Shown here: positions 1 through 8,756 of the stretch, in pieces
Layout: every line of letters starts with the position of its first letter
Numbering within the stretch: position 1 is the stretch's first letter
Virus record (IMG/VR): IMGVR_UViG_3300025809_002164
Location: 1 to 64,000 of that record
Reading direction: 5' to 3' (one strand)
Source: a virus
DNA: 64,000 nucleotides
Made by a program: the position numbers and the translations under genes
The notes under the pieces: model-generated
What the model saw: only the letters and a program-made list of their open reading frames with translations
Database searches by the model: none
Told to the model about the DNA's origin: nothing

Positions 1-126
1 TATTTGCCTTGCTATTCCACCGCCCATAATATTTTGAGTATTACAAGAATGAGCTATGCAAGTTATGTCATTAGGGAAGTCAAGAAGGTTGCCATCTATT
101 AATTCTATGTTTTCAGTCGCTATCAT
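1..126 (-). CDS. Macro (ADP-ribose-processing) domain protein, 5' part only (runs off window start)
   Basis: Manual translation from ATG at 126: MIATENIELIDGNLLDFPNDITCIAHSCNTQNIMGGGIARQI, matching the macrodomain I-x-H-x-x-N...MGGGIA..I motif. Confidence 0.8.
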   Translation of the reverse strand, partial: MIATENIELIDGNLLDFPNDITCIAHSCNTQNIMGGGIARQI

Positions 127-169
127 TCCCACACTATAATATAGTTATGGTTATTTGTAAAGGATTATT

Positions 170-1174
170 TTAAATAGCCCCTGCCATTTGTTGGCGCAAA
201 AGCCTAATGCCTTTGTCTTTACCTTTGACTTCGCATTCCCACTTAGCTTCATTATTTGGCTCAATGGCAATAGTAGGTGGAACATTACCAAGAGAAAAAT
301 ACTCGGCATGAGAACGAGGCTTGTCGGGCTTGCCTTCTGACCAATGAAAAATAGGAGCAAGAAAATTATCGTCTCCCCCTCCTTGGTTTACCCATGTATA
401 AGCACAACGCTCGGCTTGAAATGCAACATTACGATCTTCTGATGGATTGCAAAAATCATGCAAATTGTCATAGCAAACAGGGATATTAGCACCAAATGTC
501 TCAAATAAGTAGTCGCTAAATTTAATGCAATTATCTACATTAAAAAAGCCTCTATCTTCGTTTTCAATAGTCAATCGATTGTAAACACCTCTGTCGCACA
601 TGGAAAGATTACGAAAGAATCTAGTTGAAACTAATTGTAAACTTTCATCCATTTTTGGAGTATAATTAATGTGAATATTCATTGGCGCAGTATGATCTTG
701 TGGTAAGCCAATTTTATCAAAAATAATTGCTTGAAAATTTAGTTCGTTAACGCTTTTATTTACTGCATCTTTATTTAGAGACGCTAACACATTAAACTGA
801 TCGGGGTGAGAACCCATACTGATTCCTAAAGTTTTGGCAATGACACCAATAAACCTTAATTCAGTATCAAGTGTTTTATAGTTTGGTAGATCTGTATAAG
901 CCAATTCCAAAGTTTGATCTGTAAGGAGAGGGAACAAACTGCTTGATAACCTATAATGGCGGATGTCACTACTATGACAATGACGCAAAATGTATTGAGT
1001 AACATACAAATTATGCGCAATTCTTTCAGATAACTCTTTGATGGCTTCATCTCTACCATCTCTTACACATAAGTCCTTAAATCTCTTGCGAGTCATTGTC
1101 TGAAAGGAGTATTTCTTTTTATCTATTTTTTTTAGCTCTTCGCTTATGCAGGTTAGTCCAAGTATTGTTGTCAT
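170..1174 (-). CDS. uvsE: UV damage endonuclease UvsE/UVDE
   Basis: YRLSS, HPDQF, NIH, IENED, YDNLHD, FHWSEG, RSHAEY and ECEVKGKD motifs; start moved to MTTILGLTC (1174), just after a promoter. Confidence 0.9.
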   Translation of the reverse strand: MTTILGLTCISEELKKIDKKKYSFQTMTRKRFKDLCVRDGRDEAIKELSERIAHNLYVTQYILRHCHSSDIRHYRLSSSLFPLLTDQTLELAYTDLPNYKTLDTELRFIGVIAKTLGISMGSHPDQFNVLASLNKDAVNKSVNELNFQAIIFDKIGLPQDHTAPMNIHINYTPKMDESLQLVSTRFFRNLSMCDRGVYNRLTIENEDRGFFNVDNCIKFSDYLFETFGANIPVCYDNLHDFCNPSEDRNVAFQAERCAYTWVNQGGGDDNFLAPIFHWSEGKPDKPRSHAEYFSLGNVPPTIAIEPNNEAKWECEVKGKDKGIRLLRQQMAGAI

Positions 1175-1181
1175 ACATACT

Positions 1182-1210
1182 ACATTACTTGAATTACTTG
1201 AAAATGTCAA
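1182..1210 (-). promoter_or_regulatory. sigma70-like promoter of uvsE
   Basis: TTGACA (1205-1210), 17 nt spacer, TAATGT (1182-1187); ATG 7 nt downstream. Confidence 0.65.
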
Positions 1211-1233
1211 GCCTTTATGTGTATATATTTTGC

Positions 1234-1467
1234 ATGGAAATTACAGAAATTATGTTCATATCGTTAGGCTTTATGTTGTCTATTGTAGCTTTTTTCTTGA
1301 AAAAAGAAAGTTCTAAGGTAGAAAAACTTAGCGAAAAACTTAGAGATGTAGAGATTATATTGGCAAAAAATAATGCTCAAGATTCAGAAAGATGGAGTCA
1401 GACAGGCAAGCTCCTTGATGATCGAAAAGATGATATTGCTAAAATTCATGAATTTATAAATAAATAA
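1234..1467 (+). CDS. Small membrane protein with N-terminal TM helix and coiled coil (holin-like)
   Basis: MEITEIMFISLGFMLSIVAFFLKK followed by a charged heptad region; GTGTA motif 10 nt upstream. Confidence 0.55.
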   Translation: MEITEIMFISLGFMLSIVAFFLKKESSKVEKLSEKLRDVEIILAKNNAQDSERWSQTGKLLDDRKDDIAKIHEFINK

Positions 1468-1574
1468 TGGAATTTTATCAAATTTGGGAATTATTTACTT
1501 TTTTATGGATTATGTCGGGCATTGCTATTATATTTTATCCGCACGAATAGTGAGTTCTATTGATTAGAATGTTT

Positions 1575-1769
1575 TTACCAATTTTTTATTATATTTGCTA
1601 TTATAAATAAACAAGTCACCATATTTAAAGCGACTATGATTGTTCTTAGGGTCAAGCTAATTTGAGCTTGTTTTAAGGACAAGACAGGTATATTTGGTTG
1701 GTCTTCGTCAGTTTTTCCAATCCTGTGGTCTAAGGTTCTAGACCATATTAACCAAAATTTTTTAATCAT
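1575..1769 (-). CDS. Small membrane protein
   Basis: 64 aa ORF with C-terminal hydrophobic helix, packed behind the cupin gene. Confidence 0.6.
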   Translation of the reverse strand: MIKKFWLIWSRTLDHRIGKTDEDQPNIPVLSLKQAQISLTLRTIIVALNMVTCLFIIANIIKNW

Positions 1770-1777
1770 TCTTATAT

Positions 1778-2137
1778 TTAACCTCTATTGTAGTCATCTT
1801 CTATTCTGACGATATCATCTTCGCCAAAATAAGTACCCGTCTGTACTTCAATTAAAATCATATCTTCAGACTCGCTAGGATTTGACATTCTATGTTTGTC
1901 TCCAAGAGCAATCAATGCCGTCTCTCCTGTGTGGAAATCCTTGTCTTTGTCGTTTAATGTGACCCTAGCCACTCCTTGAACGATAGTCCATGCTTCTTGC
2001 CTGTGCTTGTGGTATTGATAACTTAATCTTTGTAAGGGTTTGACTACTATTTTTTTAACTTTACAATATTCAGTAGAGTGCAAAATTTCATAATAGCCCC
2101 AAGGTCTGACTGATTCGTCTTTGATATTATTTTTCAT
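1778..2137 (-). CDS. Mannose-6-phosphate isomerase type II-like cupin
   Basis: RPWGYY, RLSYQYHKHRQEAW and IEVQTGTYFGEDDIVRIEDDY are typical of the ManC C-terminal cupin. Confidence 0.9.
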   Translation of the reverse strand: MKNNIKDESVRPWGYYEILHSTEYCKVKKIVVKPLQRLSYQYHKHRQEAWTIVQGVARVTLNDKDKDFHTGETALIALGDKHRMSNPSESEDMILIEVQTGTYFGEDDIVRIEDDYNRG

Positions 2138-2498
2138 TATTTTTTAGTTTTAAAGGATAGATCCAACCTGCTCCCATGTGAATTTGAGCCGTATCTGTAG
2201 GTCGTTTGTATTTTATATTCAAAGAGTGAGCTAAAACCTTTATTTCGTGATTGCTCATTCGTGTTCTTTTCCCGTTAATCCAAACCGAGAATGGCAACTC
2301 TCCATTGAGGCTAAATGGGTGAGGGATTGCATTAATTTGAATTTCGGACAATTTTTTAAATGAAGGGGTGAAATTAGGCGGTGGAGTTGGAGGAATTAAG
2401 TTAGGAGGAGGAGGTGGAGGCTTAGCGAATTGTTGAGTTTTAGTTTGACAACTAAATGTCAATACAATAAATATTAATAATAAAAAACTATTCCTCAT
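2127..2498 (-). CDS. Proline-rich putative lipoprotein
   Basis: MRNSFLLLIFIVLTFSC lipobox-like start, then KPPPPPPNLIPPTPPP. Confidence 0.55.
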   Translation of the reverse strand: MRNSFLLLIFIVLTFSCQTKTQQFAKPPPPPPNLIPPTPPPNFTPSFKKLSEIQINAIPHPFSLNGELPFSVWINGKRTRMSNHEIKVLAHSLNIKYKRPTDTAQIHMGAGWIYPLKLKNNEK

Positions 2499-2670
2499 CT
2501 GTATTTGACTCCATTGATGGTTTGTTGTTGATAACAAAATCTTGTATTTTTTTAAAAACTTCGGGTTGGAGTTTTTCAACAAAATATATAACAAGCTCAT
2601 TAACTGAGCAACCTATTAAATCTTGCTCCGTATATGATACTTTAAATTTACCTAATTTTAATTCTTTCAT
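2488..2670 (-). CDS. Hypothetical protein
   Basis: 60 aa ORF in the operon, overlapping its neighbour. Confidence 0.5.
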   Translation of the reverse strand: MKELKLGKFKVSYTEQDLIGCSVNELVIYFVEKLQPEVFKKIQDFVINNKPSMESNTDEE

Positions 2671-2936
2671 TATTTTATTTCCACGATATTAATATAATTA
2701 ATATAATATATAGTAATATTGTACCCCAATTGATATTATTCATTTATCTCATGGATAATACACTATTATTTATAAATGCGACACTCCTATCTTACTTATC
2801 ATTTCTAGCGAATGTCTAATTTTTAAAGTATAGTCAAATAAGTCTAGGATTTTTTTACAATAAACCTTATCCTCACCTTTTGCATTATAGTAGCGAGTGT
2901 AAACTTCATTTCTGAGTTCGTTTAATTCTTGAATAC

Positions 2937-3875
2937 TCATAAAGCTTCACAAAGTTTTCTGCCCTCGCCTGTAATTTTCCTCTTGCCATCAATTTCTATT
3001 AAATTTTTATTTAATAAATATAATTCATGATCTCTCTGTAGAGCGGTTTTACTTAGACCGAGCTTGGCGGAAAGTCCTGTTAGTGTTGCTGATCCGAATT
3101 TTTTTAAAGTTTGCAAAATTTGTTTCTCTGTATTACTTAAGCCTAAAGGCAGAATTCCTACATTATCACACAAATCATTAAAGTTGTCAAGACTAAAGTT
3201 ATTGCTTTCGTTAGCCCCACAATATAAAGCTATTTCTTTTGATCTCTTGACTGCACTTCTAGCATTACCTCTGATTGTAGAAGCTATGGAATCGATACAA
3301 CCCAAGCCAAATGAAACATCGGGGGTGCAGATTTTAATAATTTCAGCAAGTTCCGCTTCATTGTAAGGCTCAAAGTCAACACTCGTCAGCCTATCTTTAA
3401 GTGGGGGGAAAATTTTATCTGTTTCTGTAGTCGCAAATATGAATGTTTGCTTGGTGAAGTCAAACTCAAAATTACTCTCGTCCCATGTGAAGGTCTTCTT
3501 GCTTTTTGACTCAGTATTAAAAATAGTCAAAAAAGCCATAGTTAAATCTTTTGGCAAGGCATGGCATTCGTCAAAAAGTATTGTGATTTCTTGATTTGCT
3601 ATTATTGGTAAAAATATTTGATCAAAGAATGCTTGGTTATTTTTAATTGAAGAACAATTAAGCTCAAGGAAGGTTCTTTTACTGCCATCTTCGTTATGTA
3701 GGTTTTTTGAAAAAGCTTTAGCAAATTCTGTCTTACCTAAACCCTTTGCTCCCGCCATGAGAAGGAATGGAGATTGGGATGTCTTCTTGAAGGCATTTAG
3801 ATAGAATGAGAGTTTTTTCTTTACTGAGTGTTGACCTATTAAGTCTGGAAAATATTTATCTGAATTATTTTTCAT
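2937..3875 (-). CDS. ruvB: Holliday junction branch migration ATPase RuvB-like
   Basis: LIGQ start, Walker A GAKGLGKT, Walker B FDECH, ATT...PL.DR, GNAR, C-terminal winged helix with E.YL and GR.IT. Confidence 0.85.
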   Translation of the reverse strand: MKNNSDKYFPDLIGQHSVKKKLSFYLNAFKKTSQSPFLLMAGAKGLGKTEFAKAFSKNLHNEDGSKRTFLELNCSSIKNNQAFFDQIFLPIIANQEITILFDECHALPKDLTMAFLTIFNTESKSKKTFTWDESNFEFDFTKQTFIFATTETDKIFPPLKDRLTSVDFEPYNEAELAEIIKICTPDVSFGLGCIDSIASTIRGNARSAVKRSKEIALYCGANESNNFSLDNFNDLCDNVGILPLGLSNTEKQILQTLKKFGSATLTGLSAKLGLSKTALQRDHELYLLNKNLIEIDGKRKITGEGRKLCEAL

Positions 3876-3936
3876 ATATATTTAGTTTGTTGTGGTTTAG
3901 ATTTTAATTATGAAGTAAGCTCATATAATGTCAATC

Positions 3937-4173
3937 CTAAAATTCAGTTAATTGATATTCAATTTTATTAAGACTTTCTGAAGCAACCTCTTCTGTGGGT
4001 TCTGTATGCTCAACACCTTCATCGTCATTAGACAAGTCCGAGTCTTCACCCATTAAAAACTCAAGCCATTTCTTTGAGACTTGAACTTTACCTTTTTGCC
4101 CAACCCAATCTCCGAGTTCTGCATAGCTAATTTCGATATATGGTTTATAACCTTTTGGTCTTCCTCTTTTCAT
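3937..4173 (-). CDS. Small protein with N-terminal AT-hook-like motif
   Basis: MKRGRPKG start, acidic tail; TTGACA-17-TAATCT promoter at 4183-4211. Confidence 0.6.
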   Translation of the reverse strand: MKRGRPKGYKPYIEISYAELGDWVGQKGKVQVSKKWLEFLMGEDSDLSNDDEGVEHTEPTEEVASESLNKIEYQLTEF

Positions 4174-4233
4174 AATAAATAAAGATTAACGACAAAATGC
4201 AAGATTGTCAAGCTTTTATCTTGTTGTTGATGA

Positions 4234-4617
4234 TTAATTTAAATTTTCAAAAATCTTTAACCTATAAACCTTAAGCTCTTCAACGAGAGAAGAGGTGATA
4301 GATTTTAAGTCGATGAGGTTTTGAATATTGACTGATCTATGATTGGGAACTTCGAGAGGCTCTTCTTCGTGGAGTCGAATTAAATCTGTAATTGCATCTA
4401 GATTTTTTTTATACATATTAAAAAGAATGACAAAAGATTTGCTCAATTTCTTCTTTACATAATTCTTTTTAGTTTTAGTCGGATTAATATTGTATTTAAT
4501 GAAGTCTTTGTAATACTGCATTACAGATTCATGCTCAATTTCTAGTTTAGAGGCAATATCCACATGGAAATCGTAAGTTTGCCAAGCCAACTCTATAGTT
4601 TCTTCCGCTCTACTCAT
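4234..4617 (-). CDS. Hypothetical protein
   Basis: 127 aa ORF in tandem minus-strand block. Confidence 0.6.
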   Translation of the reverse strand: MSRAEETIELAWQTYDFHVDIASKLEIEHESVMQYYKDFIKYNINPTKTKKNYVKKKLSKSFVILFNMYKKNLDAITDLIRLHEEEPLEVPNHRSVNIQNLIDLKSITSSLVEELKVYRLKIFENLN

Positions 4618-4629
4618 ATTTTACTGAAA

Positions 4630-4821
4630 TTATAGAAATTTATATAGAATTGATAATTCTTTTAGTCCTACATATTTAGCGAAATATGAGCAGAACTCTG
4701 CAACTTTAGGGATAGACCAAGACTCTTCGTTCATTATTAGTCCAAGCTCTCTATAGTCTCCATCTAGCCATAGTTCGGTCAATTGCAAAAAGCTTGTGTT
4801 AATTTTGTTTGTTGTAATCAT
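4630..4821 (-). CDS. Hypothetical protein
   Basis: 63 aa ORF in tandem block. Confidence 0.55.
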   Translation of the reverse strand: MITTNKINTSFLQLTELWLDGDYRELGLIMNEESWSIPKVAEFCSYFAKYVGLKELSILYKFL

Positions 4822-4906
4822 TTTTGTTTTGTTTTAGTTATAGTAAAACTTAACTATGTCATTATTTGAAGGTATAGTCAAGGCTTTTCGTGTATTTTTA
4901 TATATC

Positions 4907-5527
4907 ATGCCAAGAAAAAAAATATGCTGGACGTGTATTGCATTATTTATTGCAATTTGGATCTTTATATGGAGCGTTACTTCGTGTCAAGATTCCAAAC
5001 TAGAAGAAATGAAAAGTATTCCCACTATAGAATACTTAACTAATAATCAGAGTGACTTTATAACTCCACTAGACATAGGAAGGTATTTTAATAATAATAA
5101 AACATTTAATTGGATTGATACTAAAGTTCCTACTGATGTGCAAATTACATTGCTAGATTCAAAGTATAGAATAGTTGATTACTATTTTTTTATGAAATTT
5201 AATAATTGGTATAAGAAACTTAAATTTGAAAGCGGTATTATGGCTATAGATCAAAAGGAGAACTTAGATTGTGATAACTTTGCTCTTTTTTATAAGTCAT
5301 TAATGGGAGTTTCTAGCTATAAAAGCTCTTCTGATTTTGAACCTGCGGTTGCGGTCATTGCGGTGAGACAAATTGAGAATTTTGGAGGAATACCTACGGG
5401 GGGGCTACACATGATGAATTTAATATTTACAAATAATGGATGGTTTGTTTTTGAGCCTCAAACAAATAAGTTTATATTGTTGGAGGATTACCCGAACCAA
5501 GCTCATATTCAGTATATCATTATTTGA
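4907..5527 (+). CDS. Exported/lipoprotein with papain/transglutaminase-like (MOA agglutinin C-terminal-like) domain
   Basis: Hydrophobic N-terminus ending SVTSC; DCDNFA ... GLHMMN ... WFVFEPQ Cys-His-Glu pattern; start moved to MPRKK. Confidence 0.6.
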   Translation: MPRKKICWTCIALFIAIWIFIWSVTSCQDSKLEEMKSIPTIEYLTNNQSDFITPLDIGRYFNNNKTFNWIDTKVPTDVQITLLDSKYRIVDYYFFMKFNNWYKKLKFESGIMAIDQKENLDCDNFALFYKSLMGVSSYKSSSDFEPAVAVIAVRQIENFGGIPTGGLHMMNLIFTNNGWFVFEPQTNKFILLEDYPNQAHIQYIII

Positions 5528-5530
5528 TAC

Positions 5531-5698
5531 ATGAAAAACAAAATAATGAATTACCTTATTCTTGAAATAATGAAGAATGAGGATTACGAAACGAACCCAA
5601 GTAGGAGAGTTAGGTCTGCTTGGATTTTAGCAAGAAAAAGATACGAAGATATGAGTGAGGAGGAGAAAAAAAATATTATGAATTTTCTTAAAAGATAA
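5531..5698 (+). CDS. Small hypothetical protein (55 aa)
   Basis: Manual ORF MKNKIMNYLILEIMKNEDYETNPSRRVRSAWILARKRY..., 3 nt after the previous stop. Confidence 0.5.
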   Translation: MKNKIMNYLILEIMKNEDYETNPSRRVRSAWILARKRYEDMSEEEKKNIMNFLKR

Positions 5699-5734
5699 CC
5701 ATTATTTGGCTAAAGTTTATTAGCTTTTAGCTAT

Positions 5735-6268
5735 TTACAGTGTATAATTAACGATTGATTTATTTTTGAAAAATAATTTAACTTTTTGTATAGCTCTAAA
5801 TTTAGAGACACTATAATCGCTTTGGCTGATTTTTAATTTATTCATAATATCTATAGGCTTAACCCCTTTAAGAACAAGCTTTATTATTGTTGCTTCTTTT
5901 TTATTTACCAATTTAATTATTTGCCGATAAATCATTCGCCTTTCTTTTAAAACTAAGTAATCAAGTGGGGTTTTTTTTGTGCAATGAATAGCTGAATTTA
6001 ATATTAATTCTTCATTTTCTCCAAAAGCAAAAACCTTTTCTCTTTTAACTGATGAGAAGAACGCTTTAATTTGAAATTTTAGTATTGCGAAGCCCCAATT
6101 CTTTATGGATTTATTTGGGTTATAATCATTAGCTTTTTCGTGCAGTATTAATAAAGTTTTTTGAACAAGGTCTTCAGAGTTCCATATCCCTATATTTTTA
6201 GATGTTGCGAAACTAAGTAAGAGCGGTCTGATTAACTTTAATTCTTGATTATACTCTGATTTATTCAT
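5735..6268 (-). CDS. ECF-like RNA polymerase sigma factor
   Basis: Region 2-like SEDLVQKTLLIL...Y.P..SIKNW.F.I and region 4-like C-terminal HTH. Confidence 0.75.
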   Translation of the reverse strand: MNKSEYNQELKLIRPLLLSFATSKNIGIWNSEDLVQKTLLILHEKANDYNPNKSIKNWGFAILKFQIKAFFSSVKREKVFAFGENEELILNSAIHCTKKTPLDYLVLKERRMIYRQIIKLVNKKEATIIKLVLKGVKPIDIMNKLKISQSDYSVSKFRAIQKVKLFFKNKSIVNYTL

Positions 6269-6282
6269 TATAGTTTTATGGA

Positions 6283-6552
6283 TTAATTTACCTGATCTAT
6301 TGTTAGATTTATGTTATTATTTGAGCTCTTGCTGATAGTTATTTGTATTGAGTTTTTATTTTCATTAAATAAAGTTTTATATACTATATCGATCATCTCA
6401 GATAGGTCTGAATCATCTAAAACTAAACCTTCATAATATTCAAAATCTTTGGTATTTTTGTAAATTATATCTAATAGTTCTTGAAGTATTTCAGATTTAT
6501 TTTTCTTAAATGGGTATTTATTTGGCTCTTGCCCGTTAGCAAATCTTATCAT
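6283..6552 (-). CDS. Hypothetical protein
   Basis: 89 aa ORF in operon. Confidence 0.5.
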   Translation of the reverse strand: MIRFANGQEPNKYPFKKNKSEILQELLDIIYKNTKDFEYYEGLVLDDSDLSEMIDIVYKTLFNENKNSIQITISKSSNNNINLTIDQVN

Positions 6553-6561
6553 TTTTTTAGT

Positions 6562-6792
6562 CTATGGAATAACAAGCCTTTCGCTATCATTCTCAAGGTC
6601 GAAATTATTCCAGTATTGATGGTCGTATTCGCTATATGTTATGTCATCAAATAAAATTAAGATCGGGGTTTCTGCGTTTGATTCTACTTCGTAGCCTACA
6701 GCTATGCCGTCGGGCACTCTGTTTTTTGAATCTAAGTATGCAAAACACTCATCATAGTCGTGTTCTGAGTATATTATTTGGCTTGATTTCAT
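6562..6792 (-). CDS. Acidic hypothetical protein
   Basis: 76 aa ORF, stop/start overlap with upstream gene. Confidence 0.5.
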   Translation of the reverse strand: MKSSQIIYSEHDYDECFAYLDSKNRVPDGIAVGYEVESNAETPILILFDDITYSEYDHQYWNNFDLENDSERLVIP

Positions 6793-7160
6793 TAGTATTT
6801 AGTTGTCGAGGCTGGAGCTTCTAGGGAGTTATTGTTAGATTTAAGAATATTTTGATCTTGATTTTTATAAAATTCGTCGATCCCTGCATGATAGCCCTCT
6901 TTGTACCCTAGTATATCCTTTTGGTTCATTATCGATATTAAGGCATGACCTTGCCCGTCTTTGAACCCTTTGTCGTATTCAGACCTAGATATTTTTCTAT
7001 AATCTACTAGCATGTCGTTTATTTGGGAATTTTTGATTTCATTTGAGGCTTTATTGATTTTACTTAATCCAATTAAGCTCTCAATTTCAGCCTGTTTCCT
7101 GTCTACATACATAGCTCCAAGTATAATTAATAGTATCCATATTGCTCTTTCTTTGCTCAT
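6792..7160 (-). CDS. Membrane-anchored hypothetical protein with GxxxG repeats
   Basis: N-terminal TM helix; YDKGFKDG and GYKEGYHAG. Confidence 0.6.
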   Translation of the reverse strand: MSKERAIWILLIILGAMYVDRKQAEIESLIGLSKINKASNEIKNSQINDMLVDYRKISRSEYDKGFKDGQGHALISIMNQKDILGYKEGYHAGIDEFYKNQDQNILKSNNNSLEAPASTTKY

Positions 7161-7165
7161 TATTT

Positions 7166-7411
7166 TTATTGTTTTGCGGTTTTAAGTAATTCACTTCTAT
7201 CTTCCCATTTAACTGAATAAGGGTTTTTCTTTTCTATAGAAATGGTATCTAGATCCCAACCTTTCTTAATCATCATTTGACGATGGAAACTTAAAGCTTG
7301 CTTGGCATTAAGAGCCATATAGTAATGATAGTTGGAGATTACTGAGGGAGTTACTAGATACCTAATTCTATACTCGAAAAATTTAGGATCTACATTCCTC
7401 TTACTTGTCAT
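7166..7411 (-). CDS. Hypothetical protein
   Basis: ORF with likely start MTSKRN. Confidence 0.5.
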   Translation of the reverse strand: MTSKRNVDPKFFEYRIRYLVTPSVISNYHYYMALNAKQALSFHRQMMIKKGWDLDTISIEKKNPYSVKWEDRSELLKTAKQ

Positions 7412-7598
7412 ATTGAGGTGACCAATATATATCATCAAATAGAACTAAGTCAAACACTGGAGGGGTTAGGGGTTTAGCATCTGTGGAAAGCTTGTCGAAT
7501 CCAATGGGATCCCCTTCTTCTACAGGTAGGTTGTTGATTTTATAAAAAAATTCCTGCTCCTCGCAAGCATAAATGATGTCAGATGATAGTAATTTCAT
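7401..7598 (-). CDS. Hypothetical protein
   Basis: 65 aa; TTGACA-17-TATTAT promoter at 7608-7636. Confidence 0.55.
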   Translation of the reverse strand: MKLLSSDIIYACEEQEFFYKINNLPVEEGDPIGFDKLSTDAKPLTPPVFDLVLFDDIYWSPQYDK

Positions 7599-7649
7599 AT
7601 GTATGATATAATAACGCTGTTTTATTTGTTTGTCAAGCTTTTAAATTAA

Positions 7650-8096
7650 TTAATTTCTTCTTAGCCACCAAGACTTTAAGTATTTGATATCTGCACTGCT
7701 GAATCTATTGATGGGTATGTCGAAGTAAGACCCTTTGTCGTTTTTAATTTTAGCACTCTTCTTAATTTTATTAATGGAGATCAACCTGCCATTAAATGAC
7801 TGACCGCCCTTGCTCGTGAATGACCGAATTTTATTGGAGTTATTTGAGGAGTTGGACTTTGAGTTTGAGTTTGACTTTTTAAGGTTATTTTGCGATTGCG
7901 GCCTAGGAGCTCTGTAACTGTTCGTGCTTGGCATCAAATAAGACCCGCTGTTGGTCATGAGGGGTGTTTGTTTTCTTAAATTAGGGCTCTTGAAGGTAAT
8001 GCATCCTGTTGAGGGTGTCGAGTCAAGAATCATGACGACTTTGCCTGAAGTAGTTTGAATAAGTATTAATAGAGGGATTGTAATTATTTTAATCAT
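7650..8096 (-). CDS. Exported protein with C-terminal SHD1-like domain
   Basis: Signal-like MIKIITIPLLILIQ, S/N-rich linker, then RSFTSKGGQSFNGRLI...KGSYFDIPINRFSSADIKYL (SHD1-type pattern). Confidence 0.65.
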   Translation of the reverse strand: MIKIITIPLLILIQTTSGKVVMILDSTPSTGCITFKSPNLRKQTPLMTNSGSYLMPSTNSYRAPRPQSQNNLKKSNSNSKSNSSNNSNKIRSFTSKGGQSFNGRLISINKIKKSAKIKNDKGSYFDIPINRFSSADIKYLKSWWLRRN

Positions 8097-8156
8097 TATG
8101 ACCCTATCATAACAAAACCTATAGCTAAATGTCAAGCTTTTTGTGTAAAATATATA

Positions 8157-8756
8157 ATGATATGCCATAAATATAAGACAATTTTTATTCATATCCCGAA
8201 AACTGGAGGAACTTCCATAGAATGTATGTTTGGGATGGTGAGATACATGGAGGGGAAAGTTGCGGCTTTCTCGGAGAATGTAGAAGGAAAGCATTTCACT
8301 TGCCATAGAGCTATGCAGCAATATGGGGATAATTTTGAAGAATATTACAAGTGGACAGTAGTTAGGAATCCTTGGACTAGAGATTTGTCAATATACAATA
8401 TGATGAAGGGGCAATTAAAGTATAGGCATATGAGCTTTGCTGAATTTCTGAACGAAGTAACAATTAAGGAAGTTAAGGCTGGCGAAAGGAATGTATTTAG
8501 GAATCAGACAGATTATATCTTAAATGATGGAGAAATTAAGGTGGATCAAATCATTCGATACGAAAATTTAAAGTATGGCTGGAATGAGGTTTGTAAGAAG
8601 CTAGGAAAGCCTCATGAAGAGCTGGTTCACTTAAGGAAAGCAAAAAAAAATCAATACTCTCAAGTGTTTAGCGGTGAAAATATTAAATTAATAGCTGAGC
8701 TAAGGAGGGAGGATATTCAACTTTTGGGCTATGAGCCGCCCTACATTATAGATTAA
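8157..8756 (+). CDS. Sulfotransferase family 2 protein (copy 1, inverted)
   Basis: 5'-PSB motif FIHIPKTGGTS and 3'-PB motif VRNPWTRDLS; ends D..LLGY. Confidence 0.85.
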   Translation: MICHKYKTIFIHIPKTGGTSIECMFGMVRYMEGKVAAFSENVEGKHFTCHRAMQQYGDNFEEYYKWTVVRNPWTRDLSIYNMMKGQLKYRHMSFAEFLNEVTIKEVKAGERNVFRNQTDYILNDGEIKVDQIIRYENLKYGWNEVCKKLGKPHEELVHLRKAKKNQYSQVFSGENIKLIAELRREDIQLLGYEPPYIID

